Shown here: positions 49,402-59,871 of the stretch, one piece after another
Position numbering within the stretch: the first letter of the stretch is position 1
Layout: every line of letters starts with the position of its first letter
DNA from: Candidatus Poribacteria bacterium
GTDB lineage: Bacteria > Poribacteria > WGA-4E > PCPOR2b
DNA: 64,000 bases
Direction: 5' to 3'
Assembly: GCA_965208325.1 (NCBI GenBank)
Contig: OZ242326.1
Location: 1,024,001 to 1,088,000, forward strand
Made by a program: the position numbers and the translations under genes
The notes under the pieces: generated by a model
Told to the model about the DNA's origin: nothing
What the model saw: only the letters and a program-made list of their open reading frames with translations
Databases searched by the model: none

Positions 49402-50455
49402 TAATTCGGCGGCATTTATCTTCTAACTCAAGCACTCGCTGCTGTAGCCGGGAGAACTCTTGCAACATAGCGGGTAGTTTGCGGAGAGAGGCTTGGATAC
49501 GTAATTGCTGAGCGTGCGGCCGCGCCGGGAAGCCGGACACATAACTTCCCGCCGGTGTATCTTTTGTAACGGCGGATTTTGCAAAGATAATGTTCCCTTC
49601 GCTTATTGTGAGATGCCCTGCGACCCCTGATTGCCCCGCCATCGTTACCCTGTCTTTGAGTTCGCTGCTGCCTGCGATTCCTGATTGGGCAGCGATACAA
49701 CAATCTTCACCAATTATGACATTGTGAGCAACCTGCACCAGATTGTCGATTTTGGTGCCGCGCTTGATTATTGTCGCCCCATTCGTCATCGTAGCGCGGT
49801 CTATTGTCGAATTGGCGCCAATTTCGACATCGTCCTCAATGATTACTGTGCCAACCTGTGGAATCTTGTAGTACCGATCGCTGACAGCGGCAAAACCAAA
49901 TCCATCGCTGCCAATTACCGCTCTACTGTGAATAATGACACGATTTCCAACCTTGACCGCGTCGTAAATGGTGACACCGGGATAGAAGAGCACATCACTT
50001 CCAATCTCGACGTCATCTCCGATATACACGAATGGGTTGATAACCGCACCATTGCCAATTTTGACGTTATCGCCGACGACGGCAAAGGCTTGGATTGAAA
50101 CCTGCTCCCCAATCTGGGCGTTTTTGCCGATGATTGCAGTTTCATGGATGCCGTACTCGGTTTCCCGTTTTGGCCATGCAAACATCTCCATCACTTTGAC
50201 GAAAGCAAAATACGGATTATCAGCACGGATCGTCGGCTTGCCATTTTCTCCATTCGTCGGAATAAAGTCCTTGCCGATGATAACTGCGGAAGCCTGTGTG
50301 TGCTCTATTTCCCCCCGATACTTGGCGTTTGCGACAAAGGTAATTTCGTGCTCTTGCGCCTCCTTAATACCCGAAACGCCCCGAATTTCAATCTCGCCGT
50401 CGCCGCACAACTCTCCACCGATTAACTCACAGACTTCCTTCAACTTCTTTACCAT
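49379..50455 (-). CDS. lpxD: UDP-3-O-acylglucosamine N-acyltransferase
   Basis: Hexapeptide repeats, IGSDGFGF, KIDNLVQVAHN. Confidence 0.96.
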   Translation of the reverse strand: MVKKLKEVCELIGGELCGDGEIEIRGVSGIKEAQEHEITFVANAKYRGEIEHTQASAVIIGKDFIPTNGENGKPTIRADNPYFAFVKVMEMFAWPKRETEYGIHETAIIGKNAQIGEQVSIQAFAVVGDNVKIGNGAVINPFVYIGDDVEIGSDVLFYPGVTIYDAVKVGNRVIIHSRAVIGSDGFGFAAVSDRYYKIPQVGTVIIEDDVEIGANSTIDRATMTNGATIIKRGTKIDNLVQVAHNVIIGEDCCIAAQSGIAGSSELKDRVTMAGQSGVAGHLTISEGNIIFAKSAVTKDTPAGSYVSGFPARPHAQQLRIQASLRKLPAMLQEFSRLQQRVLELEDKCRRINEESTGS

Positions 50456-50593
50456 CGTTCTCCGAGTTGACGATTGCTGCGCATCAACCCTGCTCCCTTA
50501 TGCTGCTCTTATTTGACGCCCGGCCGTCTGCGAACGCACAACCCGCCAATAGCCTACTCCACTGTACATTGAAAACCGTACATGTGCCAGCAG

Positions 50594-51187
50594 CTACTCA
50601 TCTTTATTGGCGCCAGTTGCTGCAGCGGGTTTTTCATCCTCAGCAGTGGCTTCTTGTTCGTATTCTGTATTCAATATCTCAATAATGTTATTCGTTAAAT
50701 CGTGCTTCGGGTCAACATACAGCGTCACAAGGCGTTTTTCGAGGATTATACTATAATTTTCGTTCGTACCAATCTGTTGAATTAACGCTTGAATCTCATT
50801 CAAAATGGGCTGGAACAGTTCCGTCTGTTTTTCCTGTAGCGCGCCTTGGCCGACCTCCAGCTCACGCTGAAACTCCTGCTTTTTCCGCAGAATGTCACCC
50901 TCTAAAGTCTGTGTGGCCGATTCATCAAGGAAAAGTTTTTGCTTGGTCAGACTGTCCTCCATGTCTACGATTTCTTCCCTAAGTGCTTCCAGTTTATCGC
51001 TAAGCCGCTTTTCTGCGGATTTCAGAACATTTATCGCTTGCTCAGCTTTTTTGTAACTTTCAAACACACCTTGGGTGTCCACAACGCCGATTTTGAAATT
51101 GCTTTGCGCCAATGCACAAAGGTGGAGAAGAAACAACCCCGATGAAACGATGCTTAAAGGTAAATATAATTTCCGGTTGCGTATCAT
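50594..51187 (-). CDS. skp: Periplasmic chaperone Skp/OmpH
   Basis: Signal peptide, KIGVVD, coiled coil, DLT..II; lies between bamA and lpxD. Confidence 0.88.
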   Translation of the reverse strand: MIRNRKLYLPLSIVSSGLFLLHLCALAQSNFKIGVVDTQGVFESYKKAEQAINVLKSAEKRLSDKLEALREEIVDMEDSLTKQKLFLDESATQTLEGDILRKKQEFQRELEVGQGALQEKQTELFQPILNEIQALIQQIGTNENYSIILEKRLVTLYVDPKHDLTNNIIEILNTEYEQEATAEDEKPAAATGANKDE

Positions 51188-51246
51188 GCTTTCATCCTTG
51201 TTAGAGTATGTGAACCTTCCGGTAATTGCAGTTCACCCGAAGGCAA

Positions 51247-53613
51247 TTAAAAACCTGGGCCAATAGTGAAGTGAATCTTACCCCCCGGCTCCTTAATACC
51301 GTCGCCGTTTCTATCGCGATCAAATCCATATCCCCATTCCAATCGCGCGAGCATGCCCAGCAAATCAAAGCGGATGCCAACGCCGGCACCTTTCTTAAAA
51401 TTAAGGTCTTTGAAGATATTTGGAGTACTCTCGTGCCACACATGTCCGATATCAAAAAACACGGCGCCGGTTAACTGTGGGCTGATTGGAATACGATATT
51501 CGAAATTCCCGTAAACCATTTTGTTTCCACCGAATTCGCCGGTGCTTGGACGGATTTCATGCCATTCATACCCGCGGATGGTGTCGTCGCCGCCGAGGCG
51601 GAATCGTTCATAGCGCAGGTATATGCTATCGTCAAGGCGGCTTTTCAAGTATCCGGCTCGTATATGGGTGGCAAAGACAAAGTGTCGACCTGTATTTACA
51701 AATAAACTGGAGTCGAGAGAATATCTTTGAAACTGATTCTCGGCGCCAAAAATTCCGCCAGCGTACTCATAAGAGGCTGTGTTAAGAAGGCCAGATACCG
51801 GGTAGTATGAACTCCGCCAATAGTCGCGTGTATCCCTTGACAAGAAAAACGTCACGCTGCGTGTCAAGCGGCTGGCAATGTCTTCAGGTTCTAGGGTGAT
51901 TGGGTCGAAGGCTCGGTTGTAATGAACACGCTCGTTCTTCAGGCGAACTGATGCATCCATATCCCTAGTGATGGGACGCCCAAGCGTTATAGCGCCTCCT
52001 TTTCGCGTAAAAATATCACGGTCATTTGTAGATTGGCTTGGGAAAATTCTGTTATACGAATAATACCTATTATATCTATATGACCTACGGGTATTGTACA
52101 AACTCAGATTGAGGCGGGTGGGCGTCCCGAGAATCCAGGGTGTATTGAACCGAAGTTCAGCGGTGTGCCGATCTCTGGCGCCTAACTCGCCCTTCAAGTG
52201 AATACGGTAGGCACGTCCGAAGAGGTTATTTTCGCCGACTTCCGCGACGCCAAAAATTCCCCCTTCAGTTCCATAACCGCCTCCCAAACTAAACATACCC
52301 GTGCGCGGGGATTCCGCAACGTTTACGCTAAGATCCCGCAGTGTTCCTTCCGATTCACTTGGTACAAAGTCCACACCTCGAATGAATGGGCCCATCTGGA
52401 AAAGCCGCTGACGCGCTTTGCGCAAGGAGGCAACATCAAAAAATTCGCCCGATTTTATATCTAAATGATTAAGCTCGCGCCGTATTACATTCTCTCTTGT
52501 CTTTTCTAAACCGTTGATGCTAACTTTATCAATGACGATGACAGCCCCTTCGTTCACGTTCAACGCAATCTTGAGGTTCCCACTCTCTTCGTCATAATTA
52601 GGGTGAGGAACAATCTCGGCTAAGATATAACCCTTATTTTGGTAGGCTTCTTGAATCTCGTCAAGGGATTTTTGAAATTCGCCGCTATTGAAGATTTCGC
52701 CCTCAGGCGGCTCTAGCATATCACGAATCTTTTCTTCGGAAAACGCCGGTTTATCCGACTGTTGAAGTTTAATGTCATATAAATCGACGATGTATTGCGT
52801 GCCTTCATCGACGGTAATGTCCAGCATCATCCCTGTCTTATCATCAGTGAAGCGTTTTGTATAATCGTCGTTGATTTTTGCCTGAGTGTATCCCCTGTCC
52901 TGATAATAGTGAAGCAATGTGAGTAAATCCGCTTTAAGTAATTTTTCGTCAAAATGCTTTCCAACACGGATTTTCATCTGCTTCCCGAGTTTTTTCGAGG
53001 AGACTTCATCGTTGCCAATGAAGTTTATTTCTTGGACCTTGATTCTTGGACCTTCACTAATGTCAAATGTTACCGAAATCGTATTGTTCTCCGGATTCAA
53101 ATCCGCATGGGTTTGCACACCAACTAGATAGTAACCAGCGTCTTTGTAGGCATTAAGAATCTTCTGCTCGCTTTCCCAACGGCGTTGATCGCTGTAGATT
53201 TCGCCTGGTTTGAGTGTAATCTCGCCATTGATTTTTTTGTAACTCAACTTTTCATTCCCAATAATGTTAATGCCGCCTTCAATCTTGGGGCTTTCCGTTA
53301 ACCGATAAATGACTTCAAGTCCGCCTTCATCTAGCGGTTCAACATCAACGGCAATGTCGGAGAAAAAGCCTGTATCTTTGTAAAGATTCTTGATATCCTT
53401 CGTTAATTGGTCAGGAGAAATTTCTTCGCCGACTTTGGTCTGTATAATCGCACGAAGCATGTCCTCCGGACCGCCTTTCGCTCCTTGAAACGAGATTTTC
53501 TTGACAGTCAAGGCGTCATCGTTTGCGGGTGTTGTTTCTTCAGCATAGAGGTTAACTGAACCCATGACTACGGTAAGCATCACAACAAATAAAACGGTTC
53601 TAATCGGGTTCAC
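51247..53613 (-). CDS. bamA: Outer membrane protein assembly factor BamA
   Basis: POTRA repeats, LGG..TIRGY, C-terminal F.IG..F. Confidence 0.95.
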   Translation of the reverse strand: MNPIRTVLFVVMLTVVMGSVNLYAEETTPANDDALTVKKISFQGAKGGPEDMLRAIIQTKVGEEISPDQLTKDIKNLYKDTGFFSDIAVDVEPLDEGGLEVIYRLTESPKIEGGINIIGNEKLSYKKINGEITLKPGEIYSDQRRWESEQKILNAYKDAGYYLVGVQTHADLNPENNTISVTFDISEGPRIKVQEINFIGNDEVSSKKLGKQMKIRVGKHFDEKLLKADLLTLLHYYQDRGYTQAKINDDYTKRFTDDKTGMMLDITVDEGTQYIVDLYDIKLQQSDKPAFSEEKIRDMLEPPEGEIFNSGEFQKSLDEIQEAYQNKGYILAEIVPHPNYDEESGNLKIALNVNEGAVIVIDKVSINGLEKTRENVIRRELNHLDIKSGEFFDVASLRKARQRLFQMGPFIRGVDFVPSESEGTLRDLSVNVAESPRTGMFSLGGGYGTEGGIFGVAEVGENNLFGRAYRIHLKGELGARDRHTAELRFNTPWILGTPTRLNLSLYNTRRSYRYNRYYSYNRIFPSQSTNDRDIFTRKGGAITLGRPITRDMDASVRLKNERVHYNRAFDPITLEPEDIASRLTRSVTFFLSRDTRDYWRSSYYPVSGLLNTASYEYAGGIFGAENQFQRYSLDSSLFVNTGRHFVFATHIRAGYLKSRLDDSIYLRYERFRLGGDDTIRGYEWHEIRPSTGEFGGNKMVYGNFEYRIPISPQLTGAVFFDIGHVWHESTPNIFKDLNFKKGAGVGIRFDLLGMLARLEWGYGFDRDRNGDGIKEPGGKIHFTIGPGF

Positions 53614-53772
53614 GATGATTTCTCCTTTCTATCGTGTATCCTGCCATCAAGACATAAGTCAACGCGGCCACCAAAAGATGACCTTTGTCGAATATGCATT
53701 TTCGCCTAAACTAATAATCCAAATGCGAGAACTTTCTCCGCGATTCTCTTGGTATACCGAACAATGCCTGCA

Positions 53773-54648
53773 TCAATCGGGATAAATTGGGGAACCCACT
53801 AATCCTGTAATCTGGTGAAATTTCTCAATCAACTTCTGAGTTACGACACCAGGACTCCCATTGCCAATGACACGGCTGTCTATTTTCACAACAGGAATAA
53901 CTTCAGCGGCTGTGCCCGTTAGAAAGCATTCATCAGCGATATAAAGGTCATGGCGCGTGAAAATTTTCTCCTCCACAACAAGATCCAGATCCCTCGCTAA
54001 GTCGATTACCGAATTGCGCGTTACGCCCTCTAGAATGCCAATATGAATGGGCGGGGTGACAACTGTACCATTTTTGACGAAGAAGATATTGTCACCCGAA
54101 CACTCGACAACAAAACCCTCGGCATTAAGCATCAGTGCTTCACCGGCTCCAGCCTGTTTACCCTCTATATTCGCCAAGATATTATTGAGGTAGTTCATCG
54201 ATTTGATCCGCGGGTTTATGGCTTCCGCGTAGTTCCGGCGGGTCGGAACCGTTACGATTTCCAGACCGTCCTCATAGCATTGCTGCGGGTAAAGCGTTAT
54301 GTTATCTGCGATAATAATAATCGTGGGTTGGCCGCACTTGTCCGGGTCCAGACCGAGATCGCCGACACCACGGGTGATTATCAGACGAATATAAGCGTCG
54401 TAAAGATTATTTCGGCGAAGCGTTTCCAATACGGCGGCTTCCATCTCCTCGATTGGCACCGCAATCTCCAGCATGATTGCCTTTGCTGAATCGTAAAGCC
54501 GCTGTAGATGCTCGTCCAACTTAAACACCCGTCCTCCATAGGATCGAATTCCTTCAAAAACTCCATCGCCATAGAGGAGACCGTGATCGAAAACAGAAAC
54601 CTTTGCTTCTCCCTTCGGCACATATTGTCCATTAATATAAACTAACAT
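53773..54648 (-). CDS. ilvE: Branched-chain amino acid aminotransferase
   Basis: DHGLLYGDGVFEG, KSMNY, ILEGVTR, FLTGTAAE. Confidence 0.93.
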   Translation of the reverse strand: MLVYINGQYVPKGEAKVSVFDHGLLYGDGVFEGIRSYGGRVFKLDEHLQRLYDSAKAIMLEIAVPIEEMEAAVLETLRRNNLYDAYIRLIITRGVGDLGLDPDKCGQPTIIIIADNITLYPQQCYEDGLEIVTVPTRRNYAEAINPRIKSMNYLNNILANIEGKQAGAGEALMLNAEGFVVECSGDNIFFVKNGTVVTPPIHIGILEGVTRNSVIDLARDLDLVVEEKIFTRHDLYIADECFLTGTAAEVIPVVKIDSRVIGNGSPGVVTQKLIEKFHQITGLVGSPIYPD

Positions 54649-54792
54649 AGCAATTTTCCTTCGCACGGCGGGCGACCGTGCGGGTTCCCCTGTAAAATCT
54701 ATCGCTTAAAAATTGAATACGCATTGCCCAAGATTTCGAACCTCGTTCCTAAACCGGGATACAATCTTCGCTAATGCTCTAAATTTCGCTCC

Positions 54793-55494
54793 TTATGAAG
54801 ACTGGCTGTCTATTTGCGCCAAATCTGACACTTTTCCGTCGGCGAGGATAATGTGCCGATCTGCTCGCCGGGCAATCGCTTGATTATGCGTCACAACGAT
54901 TAAAGTTTGACCCAACTGCTTATTAAGGTCCCACAATAAATCAATCACGGCTTCACTTGTCCGACGATCGAGGTTTCCCGTCGGTTCATCTGCTAATACG
55001 GCTTGGGGTTGGTTGATTACAGCGCGCGCGATGGCAACGCGCTGCCGTTCGCCGCCGGACAGTTGGCTAGGGTAATGGGCAAGCCGACCTTCTAAACCCA
55101 CGTAGTCAAGCAAGTCTTTGGCTCGGACGTATCCCGCCTCTGAGTTTTCGCCGGCAATCCACGCTGCCATCGCTACATTTTCGACTGCTGTAAACTCCCC
55201 CAATAGGTGGTGAAACTGAAAGACAAATCCGATTTCCTGATTTCTGAATCCATCTAAACGTCTGTCATTAAAGTCAAAAATATCTCGATTTTCGTAAAAG
55301 ATTTGCCCCCGCGTTGGACGGTCTAACCCGCCAATTAGATGAAGCAGTGTACTCTTTCCAACGCCTGACGCGCCGACAATCGCCAGGATTTCACCCGACT
55401 CCACCTCTAAATCCACCCCTTTGAGTACCGGTAGTTCTGTTAACCCGTCATAATAGGATTTATATAAATCCACAACCCGAATCAGATTACTCAT
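54793..55494 (-). CDS. lolD: Lipoprotein-releasing ABC ATPase
   Basis: [36 protein letters not shown]. Confidence 0.9.
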   Translation of the reverse strand: MSNLIRVVDLYKSYYDGLTELPVLKGVDLEVESGEILAIVGASGVGKSTLLHLIGGLDRPTRGQIFYENRDIFDFNDRRLDGFRNQEIGFVFQFHHLLGEFTAVENVAMAAWIAGENSEAGYVRAKDLLDYVGLEGRLAHYPSQLSGGERQRVAIARAVINQPQAVLADEPTGNLDRRTSEAVIDLLWDLNKQLGQTLIVVTHNQAIARRADRHIILADGKVSDLAQIDSQSS

Positions 55495-56956
55495 ATCTCA
55501 GCGCCTCGACAGGGTTAAGTTTCGAAGCTTGCCATGCAGGGTACATCGTCGCCAACAGGCAGATTGAGAATGATAGGGCGTTAATAAAGCCAACGAAAAA
55601 CCAGTTGATTTTAACGGGTAACCGGTTGAGTTGATAAACCTGACTAAAATCTTGCCCAAATATGCTGTCGAGATAGATGGGTTGAATTAGGCAGAAGAGA
55701 GACAAACCAATTGCCGCCAGCCAAACCAATGTGAGTGTTCCTTTTAGCCCGATATGCAATGTTTTCATTCGCCGCAACGCGAAATGTATCGCAATGGGCA
55801 GCAGAATCAGCAAAGCAAACCAGCGTGAGGGACGGAGTATTTGCAACTCAAGGAACCAACATACGACTAGACCAAACCCTGTGCCCAATAGCGATCCTAG
55901 GATGCCGATGACAGTTCCCTGAAAGACAAAAATTTTCCGAATTGATCCCTTGGAGCCACCCATCGCCCTAAGAATTCCAATGTCGCGTGTTTTTTCCATG
56001 ACCATCATGATTAATGTACTTGCGATATTGAATGCGGCGACAATAATGATTAAAGCCTCAATAATCACGGTCACAATTTTTTCCAACCTAAACGCCTCAA
56101 AAAGGTGTCCGTGAAGCTCCATCCAAGTCTGGGCAATAGGGATAGACCGCAACCCTTCACCAAAACGAAGTTCTTCCAGGATTCGATTACGGATTGCTGG
56201 CGCTAAATCGGCATTATCTATATGCACCTCAATCATATTAATTGCGTTCGGCTGCCCATAAGCTTTCTGCGCTGTTTCTAGGTCGATAAAGCCGAACGCA
56301 TTGTCATAAGTATACATCCCGGACTCGTAAAATCCGATGACAACAAAATTGCGAATTAAAGGAAGAAAACTGTCCGGTTGAACGGGCGACTGCCGCATTT
56401 GGAATATCAGTCGAAGAACATCGCCCTTTGAAACGTGCATGCGATTCGCAACATGGTGACCCAAGACTATACCGCCGGCAATCGTTTCTTTTCCAGCCAG
56501 GCGTTTCCGCACGTCTTCGATCAATCGAGCACTCTTGAAATCGACTGACCCATCGACAAAATTCGAGAATCCCGTTACGTTATCCTCCTTTCGCAAATCA
56601 ATGCCTTTGAGGTAAATTGTCGATTCAATTGTGTCCCTGTCCTTGGGCCAAAGGGCTAGTTGGGTATAAATTACAGGTGAAGCAGCCACGACCCCTTCTA
56701 CCGATTCGACCTGTTGGACTTTTTCCTGGTAATCCTTAAAGTAAACGTCGGGAGATCGAATGATAATGTGAGCTTCATTTGCCAGAAATTTCTGCCTTAA
56801 GCCGTAATCAAATCCGTTCAATACAGAGATAACAAGTATGACAGTTGCAATGCCGAGCGCTACCCCGCCGATAGAAATTACGGTGATAATGGATATAAAG
56901 GACTGCTTGCGCTGCGACCGCAGGTATCGAGAGCCAATGAACCATTCATACTTCAT
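55487..56956 (-). CDS. Lipoprotein-releasing ABC permease LolC/E, with extra hydrophobic insertion
   Basis: RYLR...SFIS.I..ISI.G, SVLNGF, VAAFNI..TL.M.V.EK..DIGILRAMG, P.EALRYE. Confidence 0.9.
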   Translation of the reverse strand: MKYEWFIGSRYLRSQRKQSFISIITVISIGGVALGIATVILVISVLNGFDYGLRQKFLANEAHIIIRSPDVYFKDYQEKVQQVESVEGVVAASPVIYTQLALWPKDRDTIESTIYLKGIDLRKEDNVTGFSNFVDGSVDFKSARLIEDVRKRLAGKETIAGGIVLGHHVANRMHVSKGDVLRLIFQMRQSPVQPDSFLPLIRNFVVIGFYESGMYTYDNAFGFIDLETAQKAYGQPNAINMIEVHIDNADLAPAIRNRILEELRFGEGLRSIPIAQTWMELHGHLFEAFRLEKIVTVIIEALIIIVAAFNIASTLIMMVMEKTRDIGILRAMGGSKGSIRKIFVFQGTVIGILGSLLGTGFGLVVCWFLELQILRPSRWFALLILLPIAIHFALRRMKTLHIGLKGTLTLVWLAAIGLSLFCLIQPIYLDSIFGQDFSQVYQLNRLPVKINWFFVGFINALSFSICLLATMYPAWQASKLNPVEALRYE

Positions 56957-57121
56957 AATATGTAACACATTAAATTCACTACGTACATTTCCACTTTAAA
57001 GCAATCCGTGTCCCTTACCTACGGTCTACCGTTCCGCATTTGAGGCATAACCCTGCAACCGCACCTGTTCACCTGGCGCATGACATCACGCGGTACTGTT
57101 ATGGATTCACAATTTCATTAA

Positions 57122-58600
57122 TCACCGTTCGCGTTCCGGGCGCATTTGCGGGAACAAAATTACATCGCGGATTGAACTCTGATCGGTGAGCAGCATTGTG
57201 AGCCGATCTATGCCAATACCGAGTCCTCCCGTCGGCGGCATGCCGTATTCCAAAGCACGCAAATAATCTTCATCCATCATGAACGCTTCCTGCTCGCCTG
57301 CTTCCCACTTCTTGGCTTGCTCTACAAACCGTTCCCTCTGGTCGATGGGATTGTTCAATTCACTGAATGCATTTCCTATTTCCATGCGGCCGATAAACGG
57401 TTCAAATCGTTCGACCAAGTCGTCATTCCCTCGTTTCTTCTTCGCCAGCGGGGAGATTTCAATGGGATAATCGCAAACAAACGTCGGTTGGACAAGGTTG
57501 GGCTCGACCAATTTATCAAACAACAGCGCGATTAGATTCCCCTTCGATTCAGCTCCATCTAGCTCGATTCCGGACTTTAATGCAAAATCCACCAACTGCC
57601 CGCTATTCAGATTCTCGATATCAATTCCAGTTTCATCCTCAATAATCTCAATCATTGAGACTCGGCGCCACGGAGGTGCTAGGGAGATTTCCTCGCCTTG
57701 ATAAGAAATTTCTGTAGTGTTGAGAACCGTTTGCGCGGTGTGAGCAACGAGGTTTTCCGTCAACTCCATCATATCCCCGTAATCCGCATAGGCTTGATAA
57801 AGTTCAAGCATCGTAAATTCGGGATTGTGGTCGCGGTCCATACCCTCATTCCGAAAATCTCTTGCAAATTCGTACACACGGTCAAAGCCGCCAACGATCA
57901 GCCGTTTGAGATACAGTTCGTTCGCAATGCGGAGATAGAACCGAGTATCTAATGCGTTGTGGTGCGTGACAAAGGGACGAGCAAACGCGCCGCCGTAAAT
58001 TGGTTGGAGGATTGGCGTCTCTACTTCAATAAAATCTTGGCTATTGAGGAATTCGCGAATTGCCTGAATGATTTTCGTCCGGTTGATAAAGACCTGTTTT
58101 ACGCCAGGGTTCACGATTAAATCCGCATACCGTTGACGATACCGTGTCTCCTTGTCCTGAAGGCCGTGCCATTTCTCCGGAAGCGGACGCAGGGATTTTG
58201 CCAAAAGCGTAATTTCATTGACCATCACTGTAATTTCGTCGGTTCGAGTCCTAAAAACGAGTCCTTCTACACCAATGACATCTCCCACATCAAGTGATTT
58301 GTATACTGCATACGCTTTTTCGCCTACCAAATCCTTCCGAACAAATATCTGAATTCGGCCTGACATGTCCTGCACATGCGCGAATCCGCTCTTGCCGTGG
58401 TCGCGCTTCGTCATAATACGCCCGGCAATGCAAACAGGCTCAGATTCATCAGGTTGGTGCTCAATGTTGGCAAATTGTTGGTGAATTTCGCGGGTAGTAA
58501 AATTTGGCGAGTAGTTGTATGGATATGGCTGAACGCCGTATTGAAAAATCTCTTCCAATTTTTCTCGGCGTTGACGCAACAATCCGCTAGAATCTTCCAA
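57122..58600 (-). CDS. lysS: Lysine--tRNA ligase (class II)
   Basis: LPEKWHGL.D.E.RYRQRY, FRNEG, YGMPPTGGLGIGIDR. Confidence 0.97.
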   Translation of the reverse strand: MEDSSGLLRQRREKLEEIFQYGVQPYPYNYSPNFTTREIHQQFANIEHQPDESEPVCIAGRIMTKRDHGKSGFAHVQDMSGRIQIFVRKDLVGEKAYAVYKSLDVGDVIGVEGLVFRTRTDEITVMVNEITLLAKSLRPLPEKWHGLQDKETRYRQRYADLIVNPGVKQVFINRTKIIQAIREFLNSQDFIEVETPILQPIYGGAFARPFVTHHNALDTRFYLRIANELYLKRLIVGGFDRVYEFARDFRNEGMDRDHNPEFTMLELYQAYADYGDMMELTENLVAHTAQTVLNTTEISYQGEEISLAPPWRRVSMIEIIEDETGIDIENLNSGQLVDFALKSGIELDGAESKGNLIALLFDKLVEPNLVQPTFVCDYPIEISPLAKKKRGNDDLVERFEPFIGRMEIGNAFSELNNPIDQRERFVEQAKKWEAGEQEAFMMDEDYLRALEYGMPPTGGLGIGIDRLTMLLTDQSSIRDVILFPQMRPERER

Positions 58601-58701
58601 TGGTGATTCCTTCCGGAACTGGCTACCGTAACAAGTTCTAGTATAGCACGCCTCTTGCTTTTGGGCAACAAAAAAATGGTAACCCTGAGAGGTGATACGC
58701 G

Positions 58702-59803
58702 TTAAGTTTGACTTCTCTTTTTCAAGTAACTTTCGATAAAATTATCTAAATTGCCATCCATGACTGCGTCAATGTTTCCCGTTTCAACATTAGTCCGTAA
58801 ATCTTTTACTAGCCGATAGGGATGAAACACATAGGATCGGATTTGATTGCCAAAATTGATATCCGGGCGTTCTCCCTGCAGCTTCGTAATCTCTTCGCGG
58901 CGGCGCATCTGATAATGTTCGTAGACCCGTGAACGCAATACTTTCATTGCCAATTCCCGGTTCTTATGTTGCGACCGCTCATTCTGGCATTGGGCGACAA
59001 TTCCTGTTGGAATGTGAGTCATCCGGACTGCGGAATCTGTTCGGTTGACATGCTGTCCGCCGGCGCCGCTTGATCGATAAGTATCAATTCGCAGATCGGC
59101 GGGTTGGATGTCAATATCAACAGTCTCACCGATTTCAGGAGAAACGGCAACCGCGGCGAATGAAGTGTGGCGGCGGTGATTAAAATCGAATGGCGAGAGA
59201 CGGACAAGGCGGTGGACACCGACTTCTGCGCTGAGGTAACCGTAGGCATAGTCGCCTGAGACCAAAACGGTCGCACTCTTGATTCCCGCTTCTTCGCCGG
59301 GCATCAGTTCTATGGTTTCGGTTTGGTAGCCGCGGCGCTCACACCAACGCGTATACATTCGCAAGAGCATGAACGCCCAGTCCTGGGATTCTGTGCCGCC
59401 GGCACCGGGGTGAATAGTCAAGATAGCATTACTTATGTCATGCTTACCATTAAGCAGGAGCATGGTTTCTACCTGCTCAATTTGCTCCTCAATACCATCT
59501 AGATTTCTACTAATTTCTCCGCTTACACTCTCATCATTTTCTTCGATTGCCAATTCAAGTAGAATCTGAATATCTTCGAGCTGGGAGTAAAGTTTCCCAA
59601 ATTGTCCAATTTCTTCCTGTAAATTTGCGAGCCGCTGCGTGACTTTTTGGGCGTGTTGAGAGTTATTCCAGAAACCCGGTTCTGACGCCTCCCTTTGAAG
59701 TGCGTCTATCTCTTCCGCTTTACTCGCAATGTCAAAGACACCCCCTGAGATCGAGGAGTCGATTAGAGACCGCTTGGATATTGAGTTTCAAATCAGCTAA
59801 CAT
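58702..59803 (-). CDS. prfB: Peptide chain release factor 2 with programmed +1 frameshift
   Basis: SPF and GGQ motifs; ORF1 MLADLKLNIQAVSNRLLDLRGCL ends at AGGGGG-TGT-CTT-TGA-C (59746-59731), and the +1 frame continues DIASKAEEI...PGFWN. Confidence 0.96.
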
Positions 59804-59871
59804 ACTTTCTTCCTTTCATTTTTGCGGTTTACATTGAATGATTTTAGATTTTGGTTCAAGTGCGTTCGTGG

